Positions 55,462-63,990 of a stretch of DNA of 64,000 nucleotides are shown here, piece by piece. Below the pieces are notes generated by a model, which saw only the letters and a program-made list of their open reading frames with translations, ran no database searches and was not told where the DNA came from. The first letter of the stretch is position 1, and every line of letters starts with the position of its first letter. The DNA comes from a virus. The position numbers were made by a program, and so were the translations under genes. The stretch lies in IMG/VR virus record IMGVR_UViG_3300031159_000072, positions 1-64,000 of that record; one strand, written 5' to 3'.

Positions 55462-56286
55462 TCAAGCTGCTGAGGTTTTCGTGGCGGCGGCAGCCGCTTG
55501 GATGGCCTTCAAGTACTTCTCGTGCTCGCTGTCCGGCATGGACATGCGCTCGAACAGCTCGGTGATGTCGACGTGATCGCCGAACCGCTCGACCGGCTTG
55601 AGGCGCCGGCGAGGATCGCGAACCTTGCCGTGCCAGCCGCGGACCTCGTCGGTGATGACGTAGCGGTCGACCTTCGGCGTCGTGCGATCGCCTGACGTCA
55701 CGCGAACGCCGCACAGAACGTTGTCGAAGATGCCGGGAAGCTGCTTGCCGACGGCGTTGCCCTTGACCATGGGCCAGTAGTCCGTGCCGCCGTTGTCGTC
55801 GTTCTCTTCCTTGGCCAGCGCCGTGACGAGAACGTGGTAGGGCAGGTCGCGCACCCACTTGCAGGCGCCGAGCATCTGGCTCGCGTACTCCTGCCACAAC
55901 TGGAAGCCGTTCTTGGAGCCGCGGTGCTTCTCCTCCAGCTCTTCGAGAAGCCGGTCGGACGCCTCGGTGAGGCTGTCCAGCATGATCCACTTGTAGCCGG
56001 CGTGCCTGAACTCGGGGCCGTTGATGATTTGGCAGATGCCCTTGAACGAGTAGATGCCGTTGGCCGGGTCGTGCGGCCCATCCCACGAGCTGAACGGCAG
56101 GTAGTCGATCTTCTCGTGCATGATGGAGCGCAGGCCCGCCTCGCCAGAGATTACGAAGCCGGGGCCATAGCGGCGCTTGTAGTGGACGGCCTGCGTGGTC
56201 TTGCCGAACCCGTGGTGCGCGTAGAGGAGGGTTTTGATAGGGCCGTCGGCCTCCAGGTCGGCGGTGGACATGGGCTTGAACGTCAT
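55462..56286 (-). CDS. Sak4-like RecA-fold ATPase (AAA_24)
   Basis: Walker A LLYAHHGFGKTT; 274 aa; flanked by SSB and a Gp157-like gene, the usual phage recombination-module arrangement. Confidence 0.65.
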   Translation of the reverse strand: MTFKPMSTADLEADGPIKTLLYAHHGFGKTTQAVHYKRRYGPGFVISGEAGLRSIMHEKIDYLPFSSWDGPHDPANGIYSFKGICQIINGPEFRHAGYKWIMLDSLTEASDRLLEELEEKHRGSKNGFQLWQEYASQMLGACKWVRDLPYHVLVTALAKEENDDNGGTDYWPMVKGNAVGKQLPGIFDNVLCGVRVTSGDRTTPKVDRYVITDEVRGWHGKVRDPRRRLKPVERFGDHVDITELFERMSMPDSEHEKYLKAIQAAAAATKTSAA

Positions 56287-56696
56287 GCCACCTCCACCAC
56301 GCTGATGCGAGGCGCGCTAGGCGAGCGGGTGAGCGCCTTGTTCAGCTCCGCTTGCACGTCCGCGTCCAGACGGTCGTAGTCCTTGCGGGCCACGGACAGC
56401 TTGCGCTTCACGTACTCGGGCAGCGCGCGTCCGCCGTACAGCGCCTCAAGCGCCTCGCTGTCCCAGGTCCACTTCTCGGACCGCTTGACGACAATCACCT
56501 TCTTGCCGGCGCGCAAGCTGAACTCGCCGGGCTCCTCGGGCGTGTGCGAGGCGATCTCGGCGGAAACGACGTCCAGCTTTGTCTTGATGATCTCCGCCTG
56601 CTCTTTGAGGCGGAGGTAGTCTTTGGCGAGTTCTTCCAGTCGGCTCGACTTCTCGGGCGGCGCCTCTGCCGCCTCCCATTCATCGAACTTGCTCAT
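56283..56696 (-). CDS. Gp157-like coiled-coil protein beginning MSKFDEWE
   Basis: 137 aa, first gene of the minus-strand early operon; N-terminus carries the FDEWE peptide that forms the C-termini of the array at 3.6-5.7 kb. Confidence 0.5.
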   Translation of the reverse strand: MSKFDEWEAAEAPPEKSSRLEELAKDYLRLKEQAEIIKTKLDVVSAEIASHTPEEPGEFSLRAGKKVIVVKRSEKWTWDSEALEALYGGRALPEYVKRKLSVARKDYDRLDADVQAELNKALTRSPSAPRISVVEVA

Positions 56697-56887
56697 GACT
56701 CTCCTGCGATGGTGTCGGCCTCGATCGGCCCGACTTCCGAAAACATCGAACGTTGTATTGCCGACGAGACTCGGAAACAACCCCGCCGCACCGCCGCATT
56801 CGGCCGATTGAGGCCGATTCCTTGGAAAAGCAAGGCCCTCGGCCGTATAACATACGAGACAACCCTTCAACCGGCAGGGGAGCCAGC
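56697..56887. promoter_or_regulatory. divergent early-promoter/operator region (genetic switch)
   Basis: No ORF; flanked by divergent genes; direct repeat GGCCGATT x2 spaced 10 bp (56802-56819); AACGTT-centred palindrome ~56738. Confidence 0.5.
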
Positions 56888-57088
56888 ATGCAACGAAAGT
56901 TGAATGTGCGACGCCTCATTGAGGACGTCGGGGGCGCCAAGGCCGCCTCTGACGCCACCGGGGCGCCACGGACGGCGCCCTACCGCTGGATCAAGACCGG
57001 ACGCTTCAGCGTCGGGGTGCTGGAGCGGCTTAAGGCCGCGGCCCCGCACCTGGATCTGGACGACTACTTCGAGGAAGTCGTGTCCTAA
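56888..57088 (+). CDS. Cro/CI-type small HTH regulator (66 aa)
   Basis: ...IEDVGGAKAASDATGAPRTAPYRWIKTGRF... HTH; GGGGAG RBS; first gene of the rightward operon. Confidence 0.55.
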   Translation: MQRKLNVRRLIEDVGGAKAASDATGAPRTAPYRWIKTGRFSVGVLERLKAAAPHLDLDDYFEEVVS

Positions 57089-57106
57089 CCCACAAGACAA
57101 GGACAA

Positions 57107-59083
57107 ATGACAGCGACGTCACCGCAAGAACAACACGACCGCGAACTCTACAACGCGGCCATCGAGTACATCGAGCGGGGCTGGTCGGTCATTCCGATCA
57201 GCCCCATCACGAAGAAGCCCCTGATCGACTGGAAGGTCTATCAAAGCAGATTGCCAACACACGAAGAGGTCGACGCCTGGTTCGCCGCCTGGTCCGGCTT
57301 CAACCTCGCCGTCGCCACCGGCGCCCTCAGCGGCGTCGTCGTCGTCGATGCCGACACGCCGGAGGCCGTGGCCTGGTGCGAGGCCAACGGCTTGACCAGC
57401 CCGTTCTCGGTTCGCACGCGGCGCGGCCGGCACTACTACTTCGCTCACCCGCGCAACGGCGAGCGCTTCAAGAACGTGGCGCACAACGCCGTCCGAGGAT
57501 ACGGGCTATACGAAATCCCGCACCTCGACTTCCGCGGCGACGGCGGGTACGTCATCATTCCGCCCTCAATCTCGCGCAACGCCGAGAAGGGCGACCACAA
57601 GTACGAGTGGGAGCCGACTTACCTGGACTGGGACGACTGCCCCGTCTGGCGCGGCAAGCCCAGTCTCAAGGACGTCACGGACATCCCCGCCGGAGAGTTC
57701 AGTTTCGAGTCGCTGGATCTCTCGGGCGTTGGCCTGCCGAACCCAGACGACTTCCTCCCCGTCTGGGACCGGATGGCCAAGCGCGTCGAGCGTCTGGGCA
57801 GGAAGTTCAACGACGGCGACGGGCGCAACAACGCGCTCACGCAGTACCTGGGCGAGCTGGTCCGCCAGGGAGTCGACGATCAGGAAGAGCTTCTGATCGC
57901 TGCCGACGCCTTCCAGGAAGCGTTCTTCGCCGAGCCCCTGGAGCAGAGCGAGATCGAGGCCACGGCCCGCTCCGTCCTGACCATGGACCGGGCCAACCAT
58001 CCCGACGACTACGAGGCCGACGGCTCTCGCAAGAAGCCGAAGGTCGAGACCCAGCCCGCACCGGCGCCCGAAAGCGCCGGCGTCTTGCGTCCGGTCTACC
58101 CCTCGGACGTCGAGATCATCGAGGCGGCTCTGCGCTCGCGCTGCTTCCTGATCGACCCGTGGATGACGCGCGGCTCGATCACGATGGTCTACGGCTGGAC
58201 CGGCGGCGGCAAGAGCCTGTTCCTCCAGAACGTGCTCTGGCACGCCGCCCTGGGCCGTAGCTTCGCCAACATCTACGAGATCACGCGCCCCTGGAAGGTC
58301 CTGTACTTCGACTTCGAGAACGGCGCGGCCACGATCGCCTCGCGCGTCAAGACGCTGACCGAAGCCTACGGCGACCCCGGCCAGAACTTCGCGATCTGGG
58401 CGCCGTCGCTCATCGCCCCGGAGAACGGCGGCGACATCAACCTCAACACCGACGAAGGCAAGCAGCGCCTGGCGGCGTGGATCGCCGCCGTGCAGCCGGA
58501 CATCGTCGTCATCGACACGATCCGCACCGCCTTCATGGGCCTCGAGGAGAACGACGCCGCCGCCTGGGCGCCGGTCAACCGCCTTTTGCTCGACCTGCGC
58601 AACGCCGGCATCAGCGTCGTCGTGGTCCACCACGCGAACAAGCCGAACGAGCACGGACTCGGCCGCGAGGCCGGCAGCTCGAACCAGCTCTCGAACGTCG
58701 AGACGCAGATGCGCGTGACGCAGCTCTTCGACAACGAGGCCATGGCCGAGGAAAGAAGGGGGAAGTGCGACGTCGAGACGGTGGCCAAGCTCCGAGCGCT
58801 GGCCGAGGCGAAGGCGAGCAGGACCGGCTCGACGGCCCGCCTGCTGACGGCGTGGGAAGTCCCCTACGGCAAGCTGCGGAGCCAGACGGAGAACCACGTC
58901 ACGGCCAAGATCGGCATCGCCGAAGACGACGACGGCCGCCAGTTCGTGGTGTCGAACCCGTCGCCGCGGAACGGCGCGCGCGGCATGTGGGCCGCTGGCC
59001 GCACGGTCCTGGAGATCGCGAACGAGTGGAAGGTGCCGAGCCGCACGATCCGCGCGTGGCTCGGGATCGGGGAGGCGTCATGA
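57107..59083 (+). CDS. bifunctional primase-polymerase (Prim-Pol) / RepA-like helicase (AAA_25) replication protein
   Basis: N-terminal WSVIPI...VVVDAD...YYFAHP...LDFRGDGGYVIIPPS; C-terminal Walker A GWTGGGKS and ...IVVIDTIRTAF...VVVVHHANK. Confidence 0.8.
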   Translation: MTATSPQEQHDRELYNAAIEYIERGWSVIPISPITKKPLIDWKVYQSRLPTHEEVDAWFAAWSGFNLAVATGALSGVVVVDADTPEAVAWCEANGLTSPFSVRTRRGRHYYFAHPRNGERFKNVAHNAVRGYGLYEIPHLDFRGDGGYVIIPPSISRNAEKGDHKYEWEPTYLDWDDCPVWRGKPSLKDVTDIPAGEFSFESLDLSGVGLPNPDDFLPVWDRMAKRVERLGRKFNDGDGRNNALTQYLGELVRQGVDDQEELLIAADAFQEAFFAEPLEQSEIEATARSVLTMDRANHPDDYEADGSRKKPKVETQPAPAPESAGVLRPVYPSDVEIIEAALRSRCFLIDPWMTRGSITMVYGWTGGGKSLFLQNVLWHAALGRSFANIYEITRPWKVLYFDFENGAATIASRVKTLTEAYGDPGQNFAIWAPSLIAPENGGDINLNTDEGKQRLAAWIAAVQPDIVVIDTIRTAFMGLEENDAAAWAPVNRLLLDLRNAGISVVVVHHANKPNEHGLGREAGSSNQLSNVETQMRVTQLFDNEAMAEERRGKCDVETVAKLRALAEAKASRTGSTARLLTAWEVPYGKLRSQTENHVTAKIGIAEDDDGRQFVVSNPSPRNGARGMWAAGRTVLEIANEWKVPSRTIRAWLGIGEAS

Positions 59084-59430
59084 GCCCGAAGGCCAAGCGG
59101 CGCCTCACCGCGGAACTCGTCAAGGCGCAGGGTGGCGTCTGCTTCTACTGCGGGCGCTCGTTCGGCAAGTGCGGCCGCACGCCGACGCTCGACCACAAGC
59201 TGCCGCAATGGCTCGGCGGCACCTGGGACCGCCGCAATCTCGTGGCCGCCTGCCGCAAGTGCAACTTCGACAAGGGGCCGCTCGACGCCGAGACCTACAT
59301 GCGCGTCCGAGACGACGAGAAGATCCTCAAGCTGGAAGTGCGCAAGGCCCACGCGATGGCGCGGGAAGCGATGAAGTGGGGAGTGGGAAGGCGCCAGCTC
59401 GATTGGGCGGCGCTGGGAGGCGCCGCATGA
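59080..59430 (+). CDS. HNH endonuclease
   Basis: CFYCGR...LDHKLPQWLGG...NLVAACRKCN; ATGA-coupled to the primase. Confidence 0.7.
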   Translation: MSPKAKRRLTAELVKAQGGVCFYCGRSFGKCGRTPTLDHKLPQWLGGTWDRRNLVAACRKCNFDKGPLDAETYMRVRDDEKILKLEVRKAHAMAREAMKWGVGRRQLDWAALGGAA

Positions 59431-59673
59431 CACGCGCGCCTTATATGTTCAACTGTTCAAAACTTCATGATCTTCAGCGAGCCCCCCAACAGAGGGGGGC
59501 GAGCGATCAACTTCATGAACTTCATGAAGTTCTAAGGGGGGTTATAGGGGGGAGCGGCCGGAAGGCTGTCAACCCCTTCGTGAAGGATTGGCCACATCCG
59601 GCCAATCAAGGCCCGGCCTTCGGCCTTGAGGGCCTCGGCCGGGCGGAGCGTCTTCTCCACAAGCGAGTGCCTC
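59431..59673. promoter_or_regulatory. AT-richer intergenic region with iteron-like repeats (AACTTCATGA x3, palindrome CTTCATGAACTTCATGAAG) and C6/G6 hairpins; candidate ori or late promoter
   Basis: Direct read; lowest GC in the window; directly downstream of the replication gene. Confidence 0.4.
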
Positions 59674-59988
59674 ATGCCGAAACGCATCCGCGTTTCGCCG
59701 GAGGACCTCGACTGGCTGCGCAACGCTATCGCCGAGAAGCGCCCGCTGCCCGAGATGGCCGCCCGCTTGGGCTGCTGCCTCGACACCCTGAAACGAATCC
59801 TGATGCGCCACGGCCTGGCCGACTTCCCTGGCGCAAAGTACCAGCTCCGGCGCGACGCCAACGTTCAGAAGTGGAACCGCCCCTGCATGGGCTGCGGCTC
59901 CACGGAAACCAGACCAAAGTGGTGGTACTTCTGTACCGCCTGCCGCCGCAAGCGAGGCTTCCATGAAGCGTCCGAAGACGAGTGGTAG
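59674..59988 (+). CDS. HTH + C-terminal zinc-ribbon protein (104 aa), candidate transcription regulator
   Basis: MPKRIRVSPEDLDWLRNAIAEKRPLPEMAARLG... then CMGCGS...CTAC. Confidence 0.45.
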   Translation: MPKRIRVSPEDLDWLRNAIAEKRPLPEMAARLGCCLDTLKRILMRHGLADFPGAKYQLRRDANVQKWNRPCMGCGSTETRPKWWYFCTACRRKRGFHEASEDEW

Positions 59989-60202
59989 ATGGCGCAGCGA
60001 AATCCGCTGGGCCATCGTCGGCAGGCATGGCCTCTACACCGGCCAGTCCCTGACCAGACGTGGTGCCATCCAGAACCACGTCCGCTACTTCTGGCCAGGC
60101 TTCCCCAAGACCCCGCCAGACGACATCACCCGCAAGCTCTGGGCCACCTGCCGCAAGCGCGGCGACCGCGCCGTGAAGGTGGCCGTGACGTGGGAGGAGT
60201 AA
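59963..60202 (+). CDS. hypothetical basic protein (79 aa)
   Basis: ORF overlapping the end of the previous gene. Confidence 0.3.
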   Translation: MKRPKTSGRWRSEIRWAIVGRHGLYTGQSLTRRGAIQNHVRYFWPGFPKTPPDDITRKLWATCRKRGDRAVKVAVTWEE

Positions 60203-60207
60203 CGCGC

Positions 60208-60450
60208 GTGCTCGAATGGTTCCTCGACCGACTCCTCGACCGGCTCAGCAGACGCAGTCGGCACAATCCTATCGACCGCCTCATCGACCGGCTCATCGAG
60301 CGCCACCGAGATGGCCTCATCGAGCGATGGGCGGCAAGGGCGCCGTGCCCCGGCTCCGGAAACCAATTTGGCAGCCTTCGGTTCCAGCTCGCCATCGCGT
60401 GCCTGAAGCGCCGAGGCGAGCCGACCTGGCCCTATTACCCGGACTACTGA
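60208..60450 (+). CDS. hypothetical protein with DRL(L/I)DRL repeats (GTG start, uncertain)
   Basis: LEWFLDRLLDRLSRR...IDRLIDRLIERHRDGLIERW; GGAG upstream. Confidence 0.3.
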   Translation: MLEWFLDRLLDRLSRRSRHNPIDRLIDRLIERHRDGLIERWAARAPCPGSGNQFGSLRFQLAIACLKRRGEPTWPYYPDY

Positions 60451-60451
60451 C

Positions 60452-60673
60452 ATGCAGGAAGACATGACCGAACGCGAAGCCTACCTGCGCGACCTGTACC
60501 GCGGAATGACGATCATGTGTCTCTTCTACGCCGTGCCCATCTCACTCGCGCTCAAGGCCGGCATGTGGCTGCCCGCGCTCGGCTGGTGGCTCGCGGCCGA
60601 AGTCTCGTTCCGCCTGTGCTCCGTGGAGCCGACCGAGGCGTGGCGCAGAAGCAGGAAGTCGCGCCGTGACTAA
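60452..60673 (+). CDS. small membrane protein (73 aa, 2 TM)
   Basis: MTIMCLFYAVPISLALKAGMWLPALGWWLAAEVSF. Confidence 0.45.
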   Translation: MQEDMTEREAYLRDLYRGMTIMCLFYAVPISLALKAGMWLPALGWWLAAEVSFRLCSVEPTEAWRRSRKSRRD

Positions 60674-60920
60674 CGACAACGCGATCGCGTTCCTCGTCCG
60701 CCTCATAGCGCTCCTCTCGGCGCTGGCGGCCGGGATCATCCTCGTGGCCCTGTTCCGCAGTGGCTGGGCAGAGGCGGCCAAACTGCTGGGCGTCTTCCTT
60801 CTGTGCGCGGCCGCGGGCGCCGCGCCGGGTCTGCTCACGCTGGCGGCCCGACCGGGACGACCCGCCGTCTCAAGACGCGGAGGATCAAACAGTCCCCACC
60901 CGCCAAGGAGAACCCCATGA
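60666..60920 (+). CDS. small membrane protein (84 aa, GTG start)
   Basis: AFLVRLIALLSALAAGIILVALF...LGVFLLCAAAGAAPGLLTLAA. Confidence 0.45.
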   Translation: MTNDNAIAFLVRLIALLSALAAGIILVALFRSGWAEAAKLLGVFLLCAAAGAAPGLLTLAARPGRPAVSRRGGSNSPHPPRRTP

Positions 60921-61309
60921 AGGCGTATGTCCGGTCCCTCTGGAACCGCTACAAGGAGCGCCCCGTCACCTACATCGTGCTGGCCTTCGTAGTCTCGGCC
61001 ATCGCCCTCATGATCGCCTCGGCCGTCTCGGCCCAGGAGCCGCCCGGCGTCGAGTTCCGCACGGTCGAGGCCGTCTGCTTCCCGGCCGCCGGTGTGGCCT
61101 CCTCGCTGGCCAACGAGTTCGGGGAGCGTCCCGTCATCCGCGGCGTCACCAACGTCGGCAACCTTCTCGTCGTCACCGCGAACCCGTCCACCGGCTCCTG
61201 GACCGCCCTCCTCATCCCCGACCGCCAGACGGCCTGCATCGTTGTCGCCGGCGTTGGCTTGCAAATGGCCAACGCGCCTCCGGGGCCAACTCGGGAAGCG
61301 ACAGAGTAA
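60917..61309 (+). CDS. membrane-anchored/exported protein (130 aa)
   Basis: Signal-anchor VTYIVLAFVVSAIALMIASAVSAQ; ATGA-coupled. Confidence 0.45.
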   Translation: MKAYVRSLWNRYKERPVTYIVLAFVVSAIALMIASAVSAQEPPGVEFRTVEAVCFPAAGVASSLANEFGERPVIRGVTNVGNLLVVTANPSTGSWTALLIPDRQTACIVVAGVGLQMANAPPGPTREATE

Positions 61310-61314
61310 GTCAC

Positions 61315-61515
61315 ATGACCATCACCATCGAGTGGCAGTGCCCGCGCTGCCAGACGCAGGTCATCCTCGAATACGTCCACGGCCACTACCAATGCCCGCG
61401 CTGCAAGTCGGTCATCGTCGACTGCTGCCAGGGGGAAACGGCTCAGGAAACCGGCCGCCCGGCCTTGGGGCCGGCGGCCGGCAATCGAAATCAGGAAGAT
61501 CAGTGCCACGCCTGA
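61315..61515 (+). CDS. zinc-ribbon protein (66 aa)
   Basis: CPRC...(17 aa)...CPRC. Confidence 0.5.
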   Translation: MTITIEWQCPRCQTQVILEYVHGHYQCPRCKSVIVDCCQGETAQETGRPALGPAAGNRNQEDQCHA

Positions 61516-61910
61516 AATCCCCGAAGTCCAAGGGCGACTCCTACGAGCGCGCCCTGGCCGACTACCTCAACCAGACGCTCTTCGACGGGTGCGAGCGCGT
61601 GCGCCGCGCGCCCCTCTCAGGCGGCGGCCGCACCTTCTCGGGCGGTGGCTCCGCCGACCTCATTGGCCTGCCCGGCGTCTGGGTCGAAGCCAAGCGCACC
61701 GAGCGCTTCCGCCCCTACGAGGCCCTCGAGCAGGCCGAGCGCGGGAGGACCGGCACCGGCTCGCCAGACGTGCCTGTCGTCGTGACCCGCCGCAACCGCA
61801 TGCCGGTCGAGGACTCCCTCGTCGTGATGCGCCTCTCGAACTTTGTCGAACTTCTGCGCACTCGCCTAGCCATCCTCGGCGAGCTGCCCCAACGCAAGGA
61901 CGCCGCATGA
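61503..61910 (+). CDS. putative PD-(D/E)xK nuclease / Holliday-junction-resolvase-like protein (GTG start)
   Basis: ...GSADLIGLPGVWVEAKRTE (D...E-x-K); start overlaps the previous stop. Confidence 0.4.
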   Translation: MPRLKSPKSKGDSYERALADYLNQTLFDGCERVRRAPLSGGGRTFSGGGSADLIGLPGVWVEAKRTERFRPYEALEQAERGRTGTGSPDVPVVVTRRNRMPVEDSLVVMRLSNFVELLRTRLAILGELPQRKDAA

Positions 61911-62176
61911 ACAAGCTCAAACGCAAGCGCGTCACGAACATACGTGAGGTGCAACCGTGCCCCTCCAAGGAAGTCATTGACGGTGCCAAGCACCTGCTGC
62001 GCCGCGCAAAGAGCGGAGACGTCACCGGCTTCGCGGCCGTGGCCATCTCCCAGGGCGGCATTCGCACCTGGATCAACGGCAGCATCCGCGACGACGTCTT
62101 CCGCGGTATGGGCGCCCTCGAGTTCCTCTCGGAAGCCTATCGCCACGAATGCGTTCGAGGAAAACTCGAAGACTGA
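61907..62176 (+). CDS. hypothetical protein (89 aa)
   Basis: ATGA-coupled. Confidence 0.45.
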   Translation: MNKLKRKRVTNIREVQPCPSKEVIDGAKHLLRRAKSGDVTGFAAVAISQGGIRTWINGSIRDDVFRGMGALEFLSEAYRHECVRGKLED

Positions 62177-62179
62177 CGC

Positions 62180-62965
62180 ATGCCAGACGGACAGCGACGC
62201 TGTCCGGCCTGCAAACGACTTCGACCTCTAACTGACTTCAACGTCCGCAAGGGACGCGACGCCGAACGAAAAGGACTGGCCGGCCTCCCCTACGGATACT
62301 GCAAACCCTGCAAGGCGCGCCACTCGGCGCGCCGCATGAACTCACTCCCGAACTACCTTCGCAGCCTTGCCCGCGCGATGGCCCGCAGGGCCGCCAGGAA
62401 GGCGCAGGACGCGCGATGGCCCGCCGACCTGCCCCTTCCTACCCCCGATGATCTTGCGCGCCTGTGGGACTCTCAAAACGGCTTGTGCGCCCTCAGCGGC
62501 GTGCCCATGACACACCGCCACGGCGAGGGCTGGGTCCCCACCAACGCCTCGGTCGACCGCATCGACAGCAGCCGCCCCTACGAACTCTCGAACATCCGTC
62601 TGGTCTGCGCCGCCGTCAACATCATGCGCCACACCCTGACCGACGACCAGCTCCGCTGGTGGTGCGCCCGCATCCTCACTCCGCCGCCTCCCGCAGCAGC
62701 GACTTCGGCGCTGGCCCAATCCACACCTTCTCCGAGCCGCACGCCAGACAGGACCACTTGTACGTCGCCTGCCCGGACTTCCCCAGGATCGACTTCGGGT
62801 CGAAGTCCATCGTGCTGTCCGTCTCCAGATGCGGACAGCCCTCCTTCTCCATCTGCGGCGCTTCCGTCGGATACTTCCACAGCCGCCCCGGCACGCCGCA
62901 CCGGCACAAGACCCCCGTTAACACTTCCTCCAGATCGTCCTCTTGCCTCGACGCCGCCATGCTGA
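62180..62965 (+). CDS. endonuclease VII-like / HNH-type Zn nuclease; domain ends ~62675, ORF continues as a P/S/T-rich tail
   Basis: N-terminal CPACKR...CKPCKARH; ...QNGLCALSGVPM...VDRIDSSRPYELSNIRLVCAAVN...; the GC3 periodicity in the tail belongs to the opposite-strand frame. Confidence 0.5.
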   Translation: MPDGQRRCPACKRLRPLTDFNVRKGRDAERKGLAGLPYGYCKPCKARHSARRMNSLPNYLRSLARAMARRAARKAQDARWPADLPLPTPDDLARLWDSQNGLCALSGVPMTHRHGEGWVPTNASVDRIDSSRPYELSNIRLVCAAVNIMRHTLTDDQLRWWCARILTPPPPAAATSALAQSTPSPSRTPDRTTCTSPARTSPGSTSGRSPSCCPSPDADSPPSPSAALPSDTSTAAPARRTGTRPPLTLPPDRPLASTPPC

Positions 62966-63095
62966 TCCCTCGCACCCGCAACGCCTCTATTATCATCTTG
63001 GCCAAGAGCTTCGCCCTGTCCCCGCGCGCCTTCGGCGTGTCTGGGGTAAGAAGATACAAGATGAGCCGCAGCCCCTCGTATATACGCCCAAGCAT
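62676..63095 (-). CDS. Cys-rich hypothetical protein, convergent (start uncertain)
   Basis: Strong GC3 periodicity in this frame; ...CRCGVPGRLWKYPTEAPQMEKEGCPHLE...YKWSCLACGSEKVWIGP. Confidence 0.4.
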   Translation of the reverse strand: MLGRIYEGLRLILYLLTPDTPKARGDRAKLLAKMIIEALRVRGISMAASRQEDDLEEVLTGVLCRCGVPGRLWKYPTEAPQMEKEGCPHLETDSTMDFDPKSILGKSGQATYKWSCLACGSEKVWIGPAPKSLLREAAE

Positions 63096-63170
63096 TAACC
63101 TTTCCCTCCAGTCCCCGTCTGCTTGAGAATAAAACCGAACGACTTGCCTGCCACATATATGCCACAGTAC

Positions 63171-63203
63171 CCAAAGAAAACGGGGCGCCGCAAGGGCGCC
63201 CCG
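63171..63203 (-). terminator. rho-independent terminator (minus strand)
   Basis: Minus strand: CGGGGCGCCC-TTGC-GGCGCCCCG followed by TTTTCTTTGG. Confidence 0.65.
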
Positions 63204-63226
63204 TCTGTGCCAGGCTGTCTGGTTTC

Positions 63227-63706
63227 TTACCTTGACTTTATCTCGCACCCCGCCGCGTCGATCGCGGAGAGGATGGCGTCGGCCTGCTCCAAATAGCCCC
63301 AGCCCTCATCCAGCGGGTCTATACTGTGAACTATGCTGCTCTCGGGCATGTCCGCGCGGTCAAATTCCCACAGCACCCGCGCCAGTCTCTCGCGCCAGTC
63401 CATCACAGCACCGCCGCCAGAAGCATCAGCGCCGCGAGAAGCAATGCGGCCCAAACCATCACGTCGCGAAAGCTCTCCACTGCTACACCCCTCCGCGCGG
63501 CTCCTCTCTGACCTGCACCGCAAGCACTCGTCATTTTGATGCCACGTCTGACTCGGGGCGCAGACCGGACAGGTCTGTACGATCACCTCCCCATCCAGTC
63601 TATTGACGCATTCAGCCGGCGGGTCGCAGAACATGGCGCACTGGTCTGGCGGGCAGTTGCATGGCTCGTTCTGGATGTTCAAATCGCCTGGCATCACACG
63701 CTCCAC
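63227..63706 (-). CDS. Cys-rich hypothetical protein (159 aa)
   Basis: N-terminal CNCPPDQCAMFCDPPAECV...CPVCAPS...CLRCRSE; protein-like C-terminal half. Confidence 0.45.
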   Translation of the reverse strand: MERVMPGDLNIQNEPCNCPPDQCAMFCDPPAECVNRLDGEVIVQTCPVCAPSQTWHQNDECLRCRSERSRAEGCSSGELSRRDGLGRIASRGADASGGGAVMDWRERLARVLWEFDRADMPESSIVHSIDPLDEGWGYLEQADAILSAIDAAGCEIKSR

Positions 63707-63990
63707 TTCTTGGGGTTCGCACCCCTGTGCTTCGCTTCCACTTCGTCGCGGCCTAGCTTCGGCCGCTCGCTGCGGGGCGGCTTCTCCTTGCTCACGACCT
63801 TGCGTATCGTCTCTTCGACCTTTGGCCCGACGATCATCATGCGCTCCCGCGCCCTCATGGACTCCATGAAATCCCTGAAAAGGCGCTGTTTCAGCTCTTC
63901 CACTTCCTTTTGCCGTCGATACGCTTCGGCCTTGGCCTTGAGCGCGTCGACGACCGTCACGTCTGGCGATGTCATGTGGTCGGCGGCCAC
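63694..63990 (-). CDS. hypothetical charged/helical protein (98 aa)
   Basis: Lys/Glu/Arg-rich helical ORF at the window edge. Confidence 0.45.
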   Translation of the reverse strand: MAADHMTSPDVTVVDALKAKAEAYRRQKEVEELKQRLFRDFMESMRARERMMIVGPKVEETIRKVVSKEKPPRSERPKLGRDEVEAKHRGANPKKWSV

